A stretch of DNA of 64,000 nucleotides, from positions 576,001 through 640,000 of the forward strand of contig CBDCJO010000002.1 in assembly GCA_965217865.1 (NCBI GenBank). The letters run 5' to 3'. This DNA is from Candidatus Latescibacterota bacterium (GTDB taxonomy: Bacteria; Latescibacterota; UBA2968; SICM01). The first letter of the stretch is position 1, and every line of letters begins with the position of its first letter. Shown piece by piece: positions 21,340 to 31,358 of the stretch. The notes under the pieces are model-generated. The model searched no databases. It had not been told where the DNA came from and worked only from the letters and a program-made list of their open reading frames with translations. The translations under genes were made by a program, and so were the position numbers.

Positions 21340-22639
21340 ACGTTACGACATCACCGGTGACGTTCTGGTAACGTCGCTTTCTACGACCGCGGCGGCGAGC
21401 GTGCTGGTTCTGTACCTCTGGCTGCTGGGCGGGCTTCTCGGCATCTGGTCGAAGACGGGCGCTGCGCAGGCCTTTGCCGAGTGTATGGCGCGCCGATTCG
21501 TGACCGGACCTCGTTCTGTCAAGCTGGTCGCTTGGCTGCTGGGGATCGTGTTTTTCCAGGGAGGAACGGTCAGTACGGTGCTGGTCGGAACGACGGTCAA
21601 GCCGCTGGCGGACGACCAAAGAGTCAGCCACGAAGAGCTTTCCTACATCGTGGACTCCACCGCCTCTCCGATCGCTTCGCAGTTGGCGTTCAACGCGTGG
21701 CCAGGCTACGTTCAGGCCTTTATCTACGTCGCGGGGGTCGGTTTCCTGGCGACGGAGACCGATCGTGTGCTGTTCTTTTTCAAGAGCGTGCCTTTTTGTT
21801 TCTACGCGATTTTCGCCGTGCTGGGGACGTTTCTGCTGAGCATCGAGAAACCGCTCTTTGTCGGGAAACGGTTGATGGCGGCCATCGACCGCGCTCGGCA
21901 AACAGGCCGATTGGACGCGCCCGAGGCAACTCCCCTGGCGGCCCGTGAACTCCACGACGTGCAGGTGCCGGAAAACTACAGGCCCCATCTGCTCGACTTC
22001 GTTTTACCCCTTGTGGTGCTGATCGCCATCGCGATCGGAACGTTTGTCGCTTTCGGCTCGCCTAACGTGTTATGGGCTTTCGGGTGTGCGCTCCTTCTGT
22101 GCGCGTTCATGGCCCTGGGCCGCGGGATGGCCTTGAAGGATCTGATCGACGGGATCACCGACGGGATGAAGGGGGTGGTCGGCGGCTCGGTCATTCTCCT
22201 TCTGGCCATCACGATCGGCGGCGTGAGCAAAGAGGCCGGCGGAGGCGCTTATCTCGTCGATCTGTTGAGCGCCCGCATTCCGTTCTGGGCGTTGCCCGTG
22301 ATGCTCCAGGCGTTGACGATCGTGATCGCTTTTTCGACCGGGACGAGTTGGGGGACCTACGCCGTCGCGTTTCCGCTGGCGATGCCGCTGGCCTGGGCCG
22401 TTGCCGGAGCGAACGGTCTGGCCCATCCGGAATTCTTCATGACGCTTTGCTTTGCAGCGGTCATGGACGGAAGTGTGTTCGGCGATCAGTGTTCTCCGAT
22501 ATCCGATACGACCGTTCTGAGTTCGATTTCCACGGGGTGTGACCTGATGGATCACGTCAAGACGCAAATCCCGCAGGCGAGTATGGCCGCCGGGTTGGCC
22601 GCGATCTGTTGGACGCTCGCGGCCCTGCTCTTCGCATAG
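21340..22639 (+). pseudogene. NhaC-family Na+/H+ antiporter, 5'-truncated
   Basis: [40 protein letters not shown]...DHVKTQ. Confidence 0.85.
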
Positions 22640-23544
22640 GATCCTTTCCGCTCAATACATACGGTCTACCACAAAGGTTCACCTTGACTTTGTCGATAGC
22701 TCAACACGAGACGGAACTCGACCATCTCACTACCCCTCATGGGGATCAGAAACCGGCTGACCGGGCCGCATCGGCCTTCGTGCAACCTGCTCACTATCCC
22801 TCAAGGGGATCAGATAACAGGAAACGCCAACGGTTGGGCGTCCATGCCGTTATGTCGGCACCGATGTAAAAAAGGACGACCTGCCTGCGTCTCTCCGGGC
22901 GTGTAATTCGTGTACATCACCGCCATGTCTCCCCATTGCTGACGCAATGACCTTACCAGTCCGCTTCGCCGCCTCGACGAGATGCTCGTCGGAGGTGTGT
23001 GTAGCTGCGGTGGTTCGGTGCCGTCGGTGTCCGAGCAGGCAGCCGACGGGGGCAGGTTCTCGCCCGACATGACGGCGTGGCTGGCTACCGCGTGTGGCGG
23101 AATCACGAATCCACAGGTGCCGACTCCAACATCCTCGCACACTGTGAGGCTGTATGTGCCCCCGTTGCGGGTGTAGCGTGGGAGCAGGAACGCATCGGTG
23201 CTCCGCTCGCCGGGGAACGTGTCCAGAAAGGCCTTCGCGGCTCGAGATACCAGCCGCTTGACCGTCGGCATTCCTCTCTCGCTGGCTCAACGCGCATACT
23301 TGAGGCGGGCGATTCGCACCCATTATCCGCAAGCTGGCCTCGCACTGTAATGCGCGGGCATTTTTATGGAGACTGCCAGCGGCCTGCCGTCTACATCTCG
23401 ACTACATCGCACGCTTGAACACGAGAGGGGACGCCGGCTGGTTAAGAGCCTGCCAATAGTTCATGTTCCCGGCGTTCAAGACGATGTCGCGGCGCACATT
23501 CGGTAGGAGGTCAGCCCTTTATCGGGCTTAATTAAGTACCGTCT

Positions 23545-24216
23545 TTACCTCATCCTGTCAGCCCGGCACGGTCTTACGAAACGTAACCAGAATTTACGGA
23601 TCAACACCGGGAGCCCGACCAGGAGCAGATAAGGGACCAGAGCTCCAATCAGTACGACAGGTGGACCGAGCAACCCTCCGAATAAACTGAATAGGACCGC
23701 GAACGGAGTCGCCAGCGTCACACCGACCATCAAGGCGGTGCGCCAAGCTCCGGTACAGCCCTTCAAGAGGCGTTGCACCAGCAACCCCACCATCAGGCCG
23801 CACAGGAAGAACATAGCGAGCCCGAATAGTATTGCCGGTATCGCGAACAGGATGGCCGGGTTCCAACCCTCCCGGCTGCTGAATCGCACAATGGCCACCA
23901 GGATTTGCAGGATGCATAGGCCGGCGCCAAAGAGCACGGGCGTCTTCCAATAACGCCAGGAAAGTTTCGGTCTCGTGGTTGGTTTGGCGTTTCTTGAGGT
24001 TCTTATCGTTGGTGTTAAGCCCGTTGAAATCGCGTTTTCTTGTGCCCGAGAACGAATAATCCCGTTCTCAACGGATCCGTCGCTGCTTGTCGTCTTCTTC
24101 CCGACTGCGGTTGAGACGGCGAACCGCCGGTCCTCCCGGTATGGGACCATCTGTCCCGATTTCAGCCGCCCCCAGTATTCGTTCAGAGTCGCCTTGATCT
24201 GCGGACTCAGGATCAC
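23545..24216 (-). CDS. Hypothetical membrane protein
   Basis: Four hydrophobic segments in the C-terminal half; start uncertain. Confidence 0.45.
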   Translation of the reverse strand: MILSPQIKATLNEYWGRLKSGQMVPYREDRRFAVSTAVGKKTTSSDGSVENGIIRSRAQENAISTGLTPTIRTSRNAKPTTRPKLSWRYWKTPVLFGAGLCILQILVAIVRFSSREGWNPAILFAIPAILFGLAMFFLCGLMVGLLVQRLLKGCTGAWRTALMVGVTLATPFAVLFSLFGGLLGPPVVLIGALVPYLLLVGLPVLIRKFWLRFVRPCRADRMR

Positions 24217-24437
24217 GACCCCGATACGTGTCGACCCAACGGCAGATGGAATCCCTGGCTGCCTGTAGATGGGCAGAGACCTCCACTATACCGGCCCGGC
24301 CTTCTTCAGCAGCCGTCTTCGAGCAATCTCTCTTCAAGGGAAACCAACGAACACTGCGGAAAATATATGATAATTGGCGTATCCGGTCAATTCTTGAATC
24401 CCGTGTAGCCAATGAATCTGTTTCAAAGTCCGCTACG

Positions 24438-24500
24438 TGTTTCTTCACCGACAACTTCACACTTCCGGCACGGACCATCTCTGGGCTTTACAAGTGCCGG
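24438..24500 (+). mobile_element. IS4-family transposase micro-remnant
   Basis: FFTDNFTLPARTISGLYKCR resembles the FLTN...IA.LY..RW motif. Confidence 0.45.
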
Positions 24501-25102
24501 CGGCGGGCCCAAGGCGCCGCCATCGCGCCTCCCGCCGACTACGTCCACCAACAGGGCCGGGTTCTGACAACGTTCCGCAACGCCCTCCGGCAACTCTTCC
24601 ATGCGCGAAACCTGGAGGGAGCCGTGGTGGACACGGTCATGCACGGCGGAGGTTACCGCCTGTCGAATCTCATGTTTTCTTACGCTATCATAAGCAGTAG
24701 GAATCAGGCCTGGAAAATCTTCCAGGAACATCGTTATATCCGTAGAACCTTGATCCATACCGCTCGTAGACTTGTGTAGAAGCACGTACGGTGGCGTGAG
24801 CATATCCAGAGCTTTTTTAGCATCGAGCAAACCATATCCCGAGGTTTCATCAAAGCCCGGGTCCTGAATATCCTTCGCGAGCGGGCTTTTGACAACTGGC
24901 TCGAACGGGGCGAGGCGGCGAAGTCTGGAAATTCATGCAGTTTGCGCAGTCCCTAAAAAGGCCGGGGCGGATCTCAAGGCCTCGAACCTCGCCGTCATCC
25001 AACGGGCCGCGACTGGAACGTGTCAATAGGAATGAGACTACCTCGCGGTCCAGGATGGAGTGTCGAAAAAATGTCCTTGGTAGTATTGGTAGTATATGAC
25101 GG

Positions 25103-25825
25103 TTAGAGGGGTTCACGCACCAGGTCGAGGAGCCGTGGCACCGGCGACGAATCAAAGAGACGGGGCTCCTCGTCTCTGGGTGCAGTTCCCAAGAATTCAC
25201 CGACGCGAAGAATCGTGGCGCGCTGCTGGCTTTCGCTCCCTCCCCCATCTGCTCCCACGAGTTCCTCGAACGACAACTTTGCCACCAAGGGATGGAATAG
25301 CAGCCAGCTGTTCCGACTGTACTTCTCCACGTGCTCACCCATGTGCGCGATTGCGAAGTCCAACTGAGCTGAAGCGCTTGGCATCGCCTCGAGTATCTCG
25401 GCGAAGATGACGTTCGAAGCGAATTGGCTGTAGGGCTCATTCGCCCGCTGAAGGAGATAGTTGACAAGGGACAGCAGCGAATCCCGTGGATCTCGATAGT
25501 TGAAGAGCATGCGAGGCTCCCGCTTAGAGCACCAGTCCAGGAGATGACTCCCAACCTTAAGTCCATGAAGGAACAGACAAGTCTGAGGAGGGTATTCTTC
25601 AAGCACACCCAACATCATGTCGGGTCGCGAACAACGAACGCCTGTCGCTTACACCAGGATCCTTCACATGAAGCCGAGTCAGGAGCTCGTCGAAACTGTC
25701 ACGAATGCCGTGGCCAATGCAGCGGTAGCCAAATACATCCGCCATCATGTGCGCCACCAGATTGGTGCCACTCTTCTGAAGTGACACGACCACTACGTAC
25801 GGCGGTGGACTGACCTTACCCATAC
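25103..25825 (-). pseudogene. Sulfotransferase-like protein, frameshifted and 3'-truncated
   Basis: SLQKSGTNL (5'-PSB loop), NYRDPRD (3'-PB motif), SFEELV. Confidence 0.65.
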
Positions 25826-25899
25826 ACAAACCTCTGATATCAAAATACGGCAAGAACAGGAAAGAGGGCAGGGGAATTGATACCCCATTGATTCGGAAT

Positions 25900-26544
25900 T
25901 CAGGATTCAGGATTCAGGATAATGTTCTTTAGTTCACTGAGCGACTGAATTCTGTAAGTGGCCTGTGTAAAATCATGGGATTTTGTGAAGTCATTATGAA
26001 CAATTGCACAGTCAATACCGGCAGCCACAGCCGAATTCAAGCCTCTGGACGAATCCTCGACAACCAGTGTTTCCTCTTTGGCAGCCCCCAAACGTTTCAA
26101 ACCGGTCAGGTAGGGTTCTGGATGCGGTTTGGTTTTATCATAATCCTCACGTACAAGAACAAAATCCATAAGTTTTGTGACCTGTCGCTTTTCATGGATG
26201 ATTTCAAAATCCACACCTTTGGCAGTAGTAACAATAGCCATACGTACATAATTTGAGAGTTCTTCAAGTGTTTCCAGAACACCATCAATCTCAATATCTT
26301 CTGTTCTGAGGTATTCCTGATAATAGACATCGCGTACTGCTCGCTGCTGACTGATTGTTGCTTCATCTATACCGGATGCTCTGGCCTGTGCCCATGTACC
26401 CATACTCTGGGTCATGTTTCGAAGGTACTGTTCTTTATCCAGAGTGAATCCAATGTCAGCCAGGGCCCGTTCACCAGCTTTGTAATACCAGAATTCAGTA
26501 TCCACCAGAACACCGTCATGATCAAAAAGTATGTATTTCTTCAT
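25900..26544 (-). CDS. HAD-superfamily hydrolase
   Basis: FDHDGVLVDTE, IVTT, KPHPEPY, VEDS..G. Confidence 0.9.
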   Translation of the reverse strand: MKKYILFDHDGVLVDTEFWYYKAGERALADIGFTLDKEQYLRNMTQSMGTWAQARASGIDEATISQQRAVRDVYYQEYLRTEDIEIDGVLETLEELSNYVRMAIVTTAKGVDFEIIHEKRQVTKLMDFVLVREDYDKTKPHPEPYLTGLKRLGAAKEETLVVEDSSRGLNSAVAAGIDCAIVHNDFTKSHDFTQATYRIQSLSELKNIILNPES

Positions 26545-26859
26545 TATTCCAATCTCCTTAAACGCATTTGTTGGCCGGGCAAGCCAAGCGGTTTTCCTCA
26601 TATGTGGGGCAATTTATGGCTGAAGCGCTTGATTCGATGTCCAGCGTAGAGGTGAACGAATAGTTCCCGCGTGGCAGTTGGGTCGGGGCCGCAAGTTTCC
26701 TCATGGTTGGCTGGTGCGTCAGCACCTCGCTGGCGCACGAAACGGTACTCACGGCCCTGTCACGCGCAGTATTTTTCTCGATTTCACCGTAGCCCGACTA
26801 GTATCTATTGACATTTAAAACGAGCGTGCCGAATATTTGGTATCTCCCCGATCCGTTCG

Positions 26860-27317
26860 CTGTTGGGCTTGGCGACCGCCGCGACCGTGGAGTCCTCCGT
26901 CTTCTATGTCAATCATCCGACGAAGTGCGACGTGCTGCTCTATTCCGATCCGGGCATGGCTCCGACCGGCGCGGCGGAATGCAGCGACGATACCCCGGGA
27001 ATGAGCTCCAACGGCTTCGATCCGGGAGCCGGGTTCTCGGGCGGCCTCTCAGTGCAGGCTACGACTTGGGCAGGCTGCGCTTCGAGGTCGAACACCTGAG
27101 CCGCTACCAGGGGGATGACGTTTCGCCCCTCCGCGGGCGGGCGGCGGGAATGAAGTGCTGGCAGGCAAGTCCGGCGAGTGGAGTCCGGAAGAACCGCCCT
27201 CGGAAAGAATTTCCGGCTTCCGCGCCCACCAGTTCTTCGTGAACGCATACTATGATTTCGAGAACAACTCGCCCTGGAGGCCCTATGTGGGCACAGGTGC
27301 CGGCCTTGCCCGCGCAA
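26860..27317 (+). pseudogene. Opacity-like outer-membrane beta-barrel fragment
   Basis: AGYDLGRLRFEVE and NAYYDF...WRPYVGTGAG, split across frames. Confidence 0.6.
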
Positions 27318-27558
27318 GGCCGCTTCCGCTGTCCGGTGAACTGCCGTAAGCTGATGACCGGACCCACCGGGTCCGGCCGACGGGAAAAACAGAGAATCAG
27401 AGAATCCGGAGGAGATATCTCTGCTCAGCGGACGCAACCCCGCGGTTGTGCTCGGACCACAGGGGGAAACGCTTCGAAACAGAGAATCGGCAGAGAGGGG
27501 AAGGAGGTGGCACAAGTGTTTGTGAATACGACAGAAACGACAAGACCCCGAAGGGTTG
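27318..27558 (+). repeat. Dispersed repeat A, copy 1 (IS-end or MITE-like)
   Basis: Highly similar to 49860..50151 (GGCCGCTTCCGCTGTCCGGTGA...AAACAGAGAATCAGAGAATCC...GAAGGGTTG). Confidence 0.8.
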
Positions 27559-27820
27559 CCACTTACATCCGCGGCCGGCTCGACTTTCTCGCTGTTCTGA
27601 AATTCATGCCACTCCGCTACGACCTTGCCTTCCGGAAAGTCCATGAATCTAGGGGCGACACCCATCAGTATCTCCCGGGCTACTTCTTCGGGTGTCGATT
27701 GAAGAATGGCAGGCACTTCGCGTGAGGGGACATAGGGACGTTGGGTGTTGTCACATCACGGGATCTTTCGACCGCTGTTGCACATGGCACAGGCATCTTG
27801 ATGCATAGCCGGAATATTGG

Positions 27821-28354
27821 TCAACCCGCCAATTCTTTGTCAATCTGTTCGCGTCTGTCCGGGTATTTGTCCCTAAGCACGTGAACGATTCTGCGACTTC
27901 GTACATGATCATCGAACTTGGCCGTAGTCAGCCCGAGCGCTCTCGTGCATTGGGCACTCACTGTGTTGTATCTGACGTCAAGGTCTTTGGCAACGTGTCT
28001 GAATGCATCGCGGTATCCTTTACCGTTATACATCAGCTTGATTACCGGTATCAAGTAGTCCTCAAGGTTTTCGTTGCCCCGACGGCCTAGCTTCCGTTGT
28101 TCAACTGCGGAGGGCACGAGCCCTAGAGACGTGTCGCTCGTCCCTGCCGAGGGGTGACCCTCTACACCCAGATTCCCGAATTGGTTCTTGAGAGACCTAA
28201 AGCGTGCCTCCAGCGCGTTGTAGCTGCTTAGGAGTTTCTCTGCAGCCTCTAACAGTCGAGATCCGTCCATCACTTCACGTGCAGGTTCATTCCGCGCGGC
28301 CTGTTCAACACGTTTGCGTATTGATTCAATCATGTTGGCGATCTCCGTTCGCAT
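27821..28354 (-). CDS. Hypothetical protein, possible HTH at the C-terminus
   Basis: Clean ORF from MRTEIANM; VAKDLDVRYNTVS segment. Confidence 0.45.
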   Translation of the reverse strand: MRTEIANMIESIRKRVEQAARNEPAREVMDGSRLLEAAEKLLSSYNALEARFRSLKNQFGNLGVEGHPSAGTSDTSLGLVPSAVEQRKLGRRGNENLEDYLIPVIKLMYNGKGYRDAFRHVAKDLDVRYNTVSAQCTRALGLTTAKFDDHVRSRRIVHVLRDKYPDRREQIDKELAG

Positions 28355-28934
28355 GTGCTCTTGCAGCCTCCTCTTTGGACCTTGTGGTGGTTGTCTAAGT
28401 GAATTGTTTGGGTATTGTGGACACACCAAGAAGCAGTATATTTCCCAACGCGAGGCCGGAGAAGGTCCCGGCCCCGTCAAACGCTTATCGATCCGCCCGA
28501 GGTAGGTGCATACGAATGCGCCGATGGCCGACTCACAGGTAGCACTCAGCCATGCCTTGTGCCTTCCCTTCCTCCAGGTATGCCCATAGTGCGGGATACC
28601 GTTCCTGGATCTGAGCTTCTTGCAACCTACAATCTAGCAGAAACAGCCGCCGCTCCAGCACTGGATTTCCGTTGCCGTCAGCCGTAACTTCGTCTTCCTG
28701 CAGATAGCGGGGACTTGGCAAAATCTTTCGATTTCCTGAACCGGTAGTGCGTGATCCTCGCCCGGGTCACGCAGCCGAGGCGCGCCAGGTCCGCATAGTC
28801 CCGCACCTCGCCCCACCGGACCAGCCCCTCGAACCGTATCGCCAGGGCCGTCAGTCTCGATATGCGAGGTTTGGGAACGGACAACTTCGACGCCCGCCGC
28901 TCTTGAGGCGTGATTCAACAAAACTCAATGACGG

Positions 28935-29864
28935 TCAAGCAGTTTCGCTAAAGCTTGGTGATCCATTGGTCTGGATAACATAGTCGAAAGTAATCTCATC
29001 GAATTGACTACCACGAGTGTCATCCTTAATGTCGATGATCTTAACTGCTGCGAAAAACCCGTTCGCGTTCTTTAACACTGCGATCTGCCCGACTTTGGGG
29101 CGGCGAATCCAGGAAGAATCGTCGTAAGCCCTTGCGTCGTCTATTTCACCTATCTCTTGCTTGTCCTTGACCACTGCAACTGTGGAGATGCTATCAGAAT
29201 TCCTGAGAAGTTGGATGTCATGATCACTGGACTTGGACCAGCCCGTTTCAAACATTAGCTCGCCAGACCCAATGCTGAATCTTCCATCGTTGTTTGAATA
29301 GTCAAAAACTACCTTCCCTCTAGTCGCGGGCGATACGTACTTTTCGGAACTAGGGATGAATTTCTGGTTCGCAAATTGTTTGACTACTTCAAATGGATTT
29401 TTGCCAAGCGGGGGTATCGGTAGCAGGGGTTCATCCAGCAGAGACCTAAGAAGTTCCTCGTATCTTGCTTCGTAGAGATGATCATCATCGAAATCAATAT
29501 ACAAGGCGCCTTTCAAGAAAACCGGTAGCTTCTGATCGCCTGGGTTGTTTCGTATGACGGGAATTATCCACTCACGGTCAAGGTCGACCATGATCTCGGC
29601 GCTCATTATTCTCTTCTCGTAACCAACTCCGCCCTTTTTGTCATTCGCCTTCTTGACGTAGTTTTCCGAGCAAACACAAAGAATCCGGTGGGATTTTGTA
29701 AACCCGTTTTCGATAAATGCCGCCACGTCTTGACCCAGATCTAAGTTCCATCTATCCAAAATCGCATTCACGCCATTGGAGCGTAAACGGGTAGCCAGTT
29801 GAAGCACCCAGTTGGAGTGATCGTCACCGTCATGGGAGTAAGAAAAGAATACAGTTGGGGTCAT
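28935..29864 (-). CDS. TIR/SEFIR-domain protein with a beta-rich C-terminal domain
   Basis: VFFSYSHD...WV..LA..LR..GV...LDRW...ILCVCSENY..KA...GGVGYE. Confidence 0.85.
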   Translation of the reverse strand: MTPTVFFSYSHDGDDHSNWVLQLATRLRSNGVNAILDRWNLDLGQDVAAFIENGFTKSHRILCVCSENYVKKANDKKGGVGYEKRIMSAEIMVDLDREWIIPVIRNNPGDQKLPVFLKGALYIDFDDDHLYEARYEELLRSLLDEPLLPIPPLGKNPFEVVKQFANQKFIPSSEKYVSPATRGKVVFDYSNNDGRFSIGSGELMFETGWSKSSDHDIQLLRNSDSISTVAVVKDKQEIGEIDDARAYDDSSWIRRPKVGQIAVLKNANGFFAAVKIIDIKDDTRGSQFDEITFDYVIQTNGSPSFSETA

Positions 29865-30241
29865 ACTGGAGCCCTGATAGGTCTCGTTGTTTTCGGCGAT
29901 AACCGGAGTGCTCGCTCTACAATCTGCTTGTTTTGACGCCGTTGCGTGCACCGCTTCCCCCACTTTGCAATGGTCGTCAGGGACCGGACGACTCTCCACG
30001 AGGTGTGGATTGAGACGTCTCTAAGCCCAAGGCGGGCATTAAGGGGGTAGGCTCAAGATGGGGTATGGACCCGGTGGCCCTCCGGTTTTCAGTGCAGAGG
30101 AAGTGCTGGATTTGGTGGCATGGATGGTCAAGCGTGGCTGCCTTGACACGGGTAGAAAGCCCCCAAGGGCGCGTTTCGCATCCACGGCACCCTAACCCCT
30201 AGGAAGGGTTTTGGGAGAGCGGACGCCGTAGGGCCGCGCTT

Positions 30242-30309
30242 GCCGACCACCCCCTTCATCCCGTCGGTGATCCCGTCGATCAGATCCTTCAAGGCCATCC
30301 CGCGGCCCA
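30242..30309 (-). repeat. Exact 68-bp inverted copy of an internal piece of the NhaC gene (22116..22183)
   Basis: Direct sequence comparison; both translate to [22 protein letters not shown]. Confidence 0.9.
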
Positions 30310-30347
30310 ATTCGTTTGACAGGGTGCAATACCATGAACCCTTGACG

Positions 30348-31174
30348 GCTTCAATGGGGCCGCGATCTAACGATCGCGGAAATGAACCTGGATCACCGTC
30401 GAACAACTCACGCATTTCCTGCTTCAATGGGGCCGCGATCTAACGATCGCGGAAATATCCCGTTTTCCTCCCGTAGATTACCAGGGCAGAGGGCTTCAAT
30501 GGGGCCGCGATCTAACGATCGCGGAAATAAAGCATTCTCCTGCGGTTTGAAAGGTACCTGTTTGCTTCAATGGGGCCGCGATCTAACGATCGCGGAAATC
30601 CGGCTCTGGAACTCCGACTCCAGCCTTCTCCGAAAAGCTTCAATGGGGCCGCGATCTAACGATCGCGGAAATACGGACCAACGCTGCTTCTCATGTCGGC
30701 CGCGTCAAGCTTCAATGGGGCCGCGATCTAACGATCGCGGAAATTACATCCGTGCGGGCAGGAGGAGTAACTTATACTGCGCTTCAATGGGGCCGCGATC
30801 TAACGATCGCGGAAATAACGAGCTTAGGACCGGAGGCCTTGAAGTGGTGGGGCTTCAATGGGGCCGCGATCTAACGATCGCGGAAATAAGCTGGAGTTCC
30901 ACACTGTGCCGGTATTCCGGCCAGCTTCAATGGGGCCGCGATCTAACGATCGCGGAAATGGAGATGGGGCTCGCCGACGAAATTGTAGAGGTTGGGCTTC
31001 AATGGGGCCGCGATCTAACGATCGCGGAAATCATTCCGAATACCACGGCTGTATCTTCCTGTACATTGCTTCAATGGGGCCGCGATCTAACGATCGCGGA
31101 AATCCGGCCTTTCCGCAAAGGTCGCGGAGATTTGTGAGGCTTCAATGGGGCCGCGATCTAACGATCGCGGAAAT
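30348..31174 (-). CRISPR. CRISPR array with 12 identical 36-bp repeats and 11 spacers of 35-37 bp
   Basis: Plus-strand repeat GCTTCAATGGGGCCGCGATCTAACGATCGCGGAAAT; the minus strand ends ATTGAAGC and contains a CCGCGATC/GATCGCGG hairpin; I-G-type repeat; cas1 lies on the right. Confidence 0.98.
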
Positions 31175-31358
31175 AGCCGGCACCTTAACCAGAGTATTTT
31201 CAACGATCTGTCCGGACAAATGCGAGCGGCGACCTCCCAAACACCGATATCCGGGTCATTCATCTATCTCTCCTGCGTCCAACCGACTGTAAACATTGCC
31301 TGTTCAACCGACGCGAGCGCCCCCGGAATTTTCCGCGCCGCCTCGTCGCTCGCAACGT
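31175..31358 (-). promoter_or_regulatory. Probable CRISPR leader
   Basis: Non-coding gap between the cas1 stop and the nearest repeat; contains repeated GCGAGCG/CGCTCGC motifs. Confidence 0.6.

Noticed and set aside
20690-22639. 649-aa ORF as a novel antiporter fusion
   Set aside because: Its N-terminal third is antisense E2 sequence plus an IS630 tail that happens to be in frame with a truncated NhaC gene
22700-23420. Overlapping ORFs on both strands
   Set aside because: Probably a frameshifted gene fragment, but no family could be recognised
30384-31138. Self-targeting spacers within the window
   Set aside because: No match noticed by eye; not exhaustive, needs an alignment
30382-31292. 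ORFs with repeating ASMGPRSNDRGN / LQWGRDLTIAE peptides
   Set aside because: These are translations of the CRISPR repeats, not proteins
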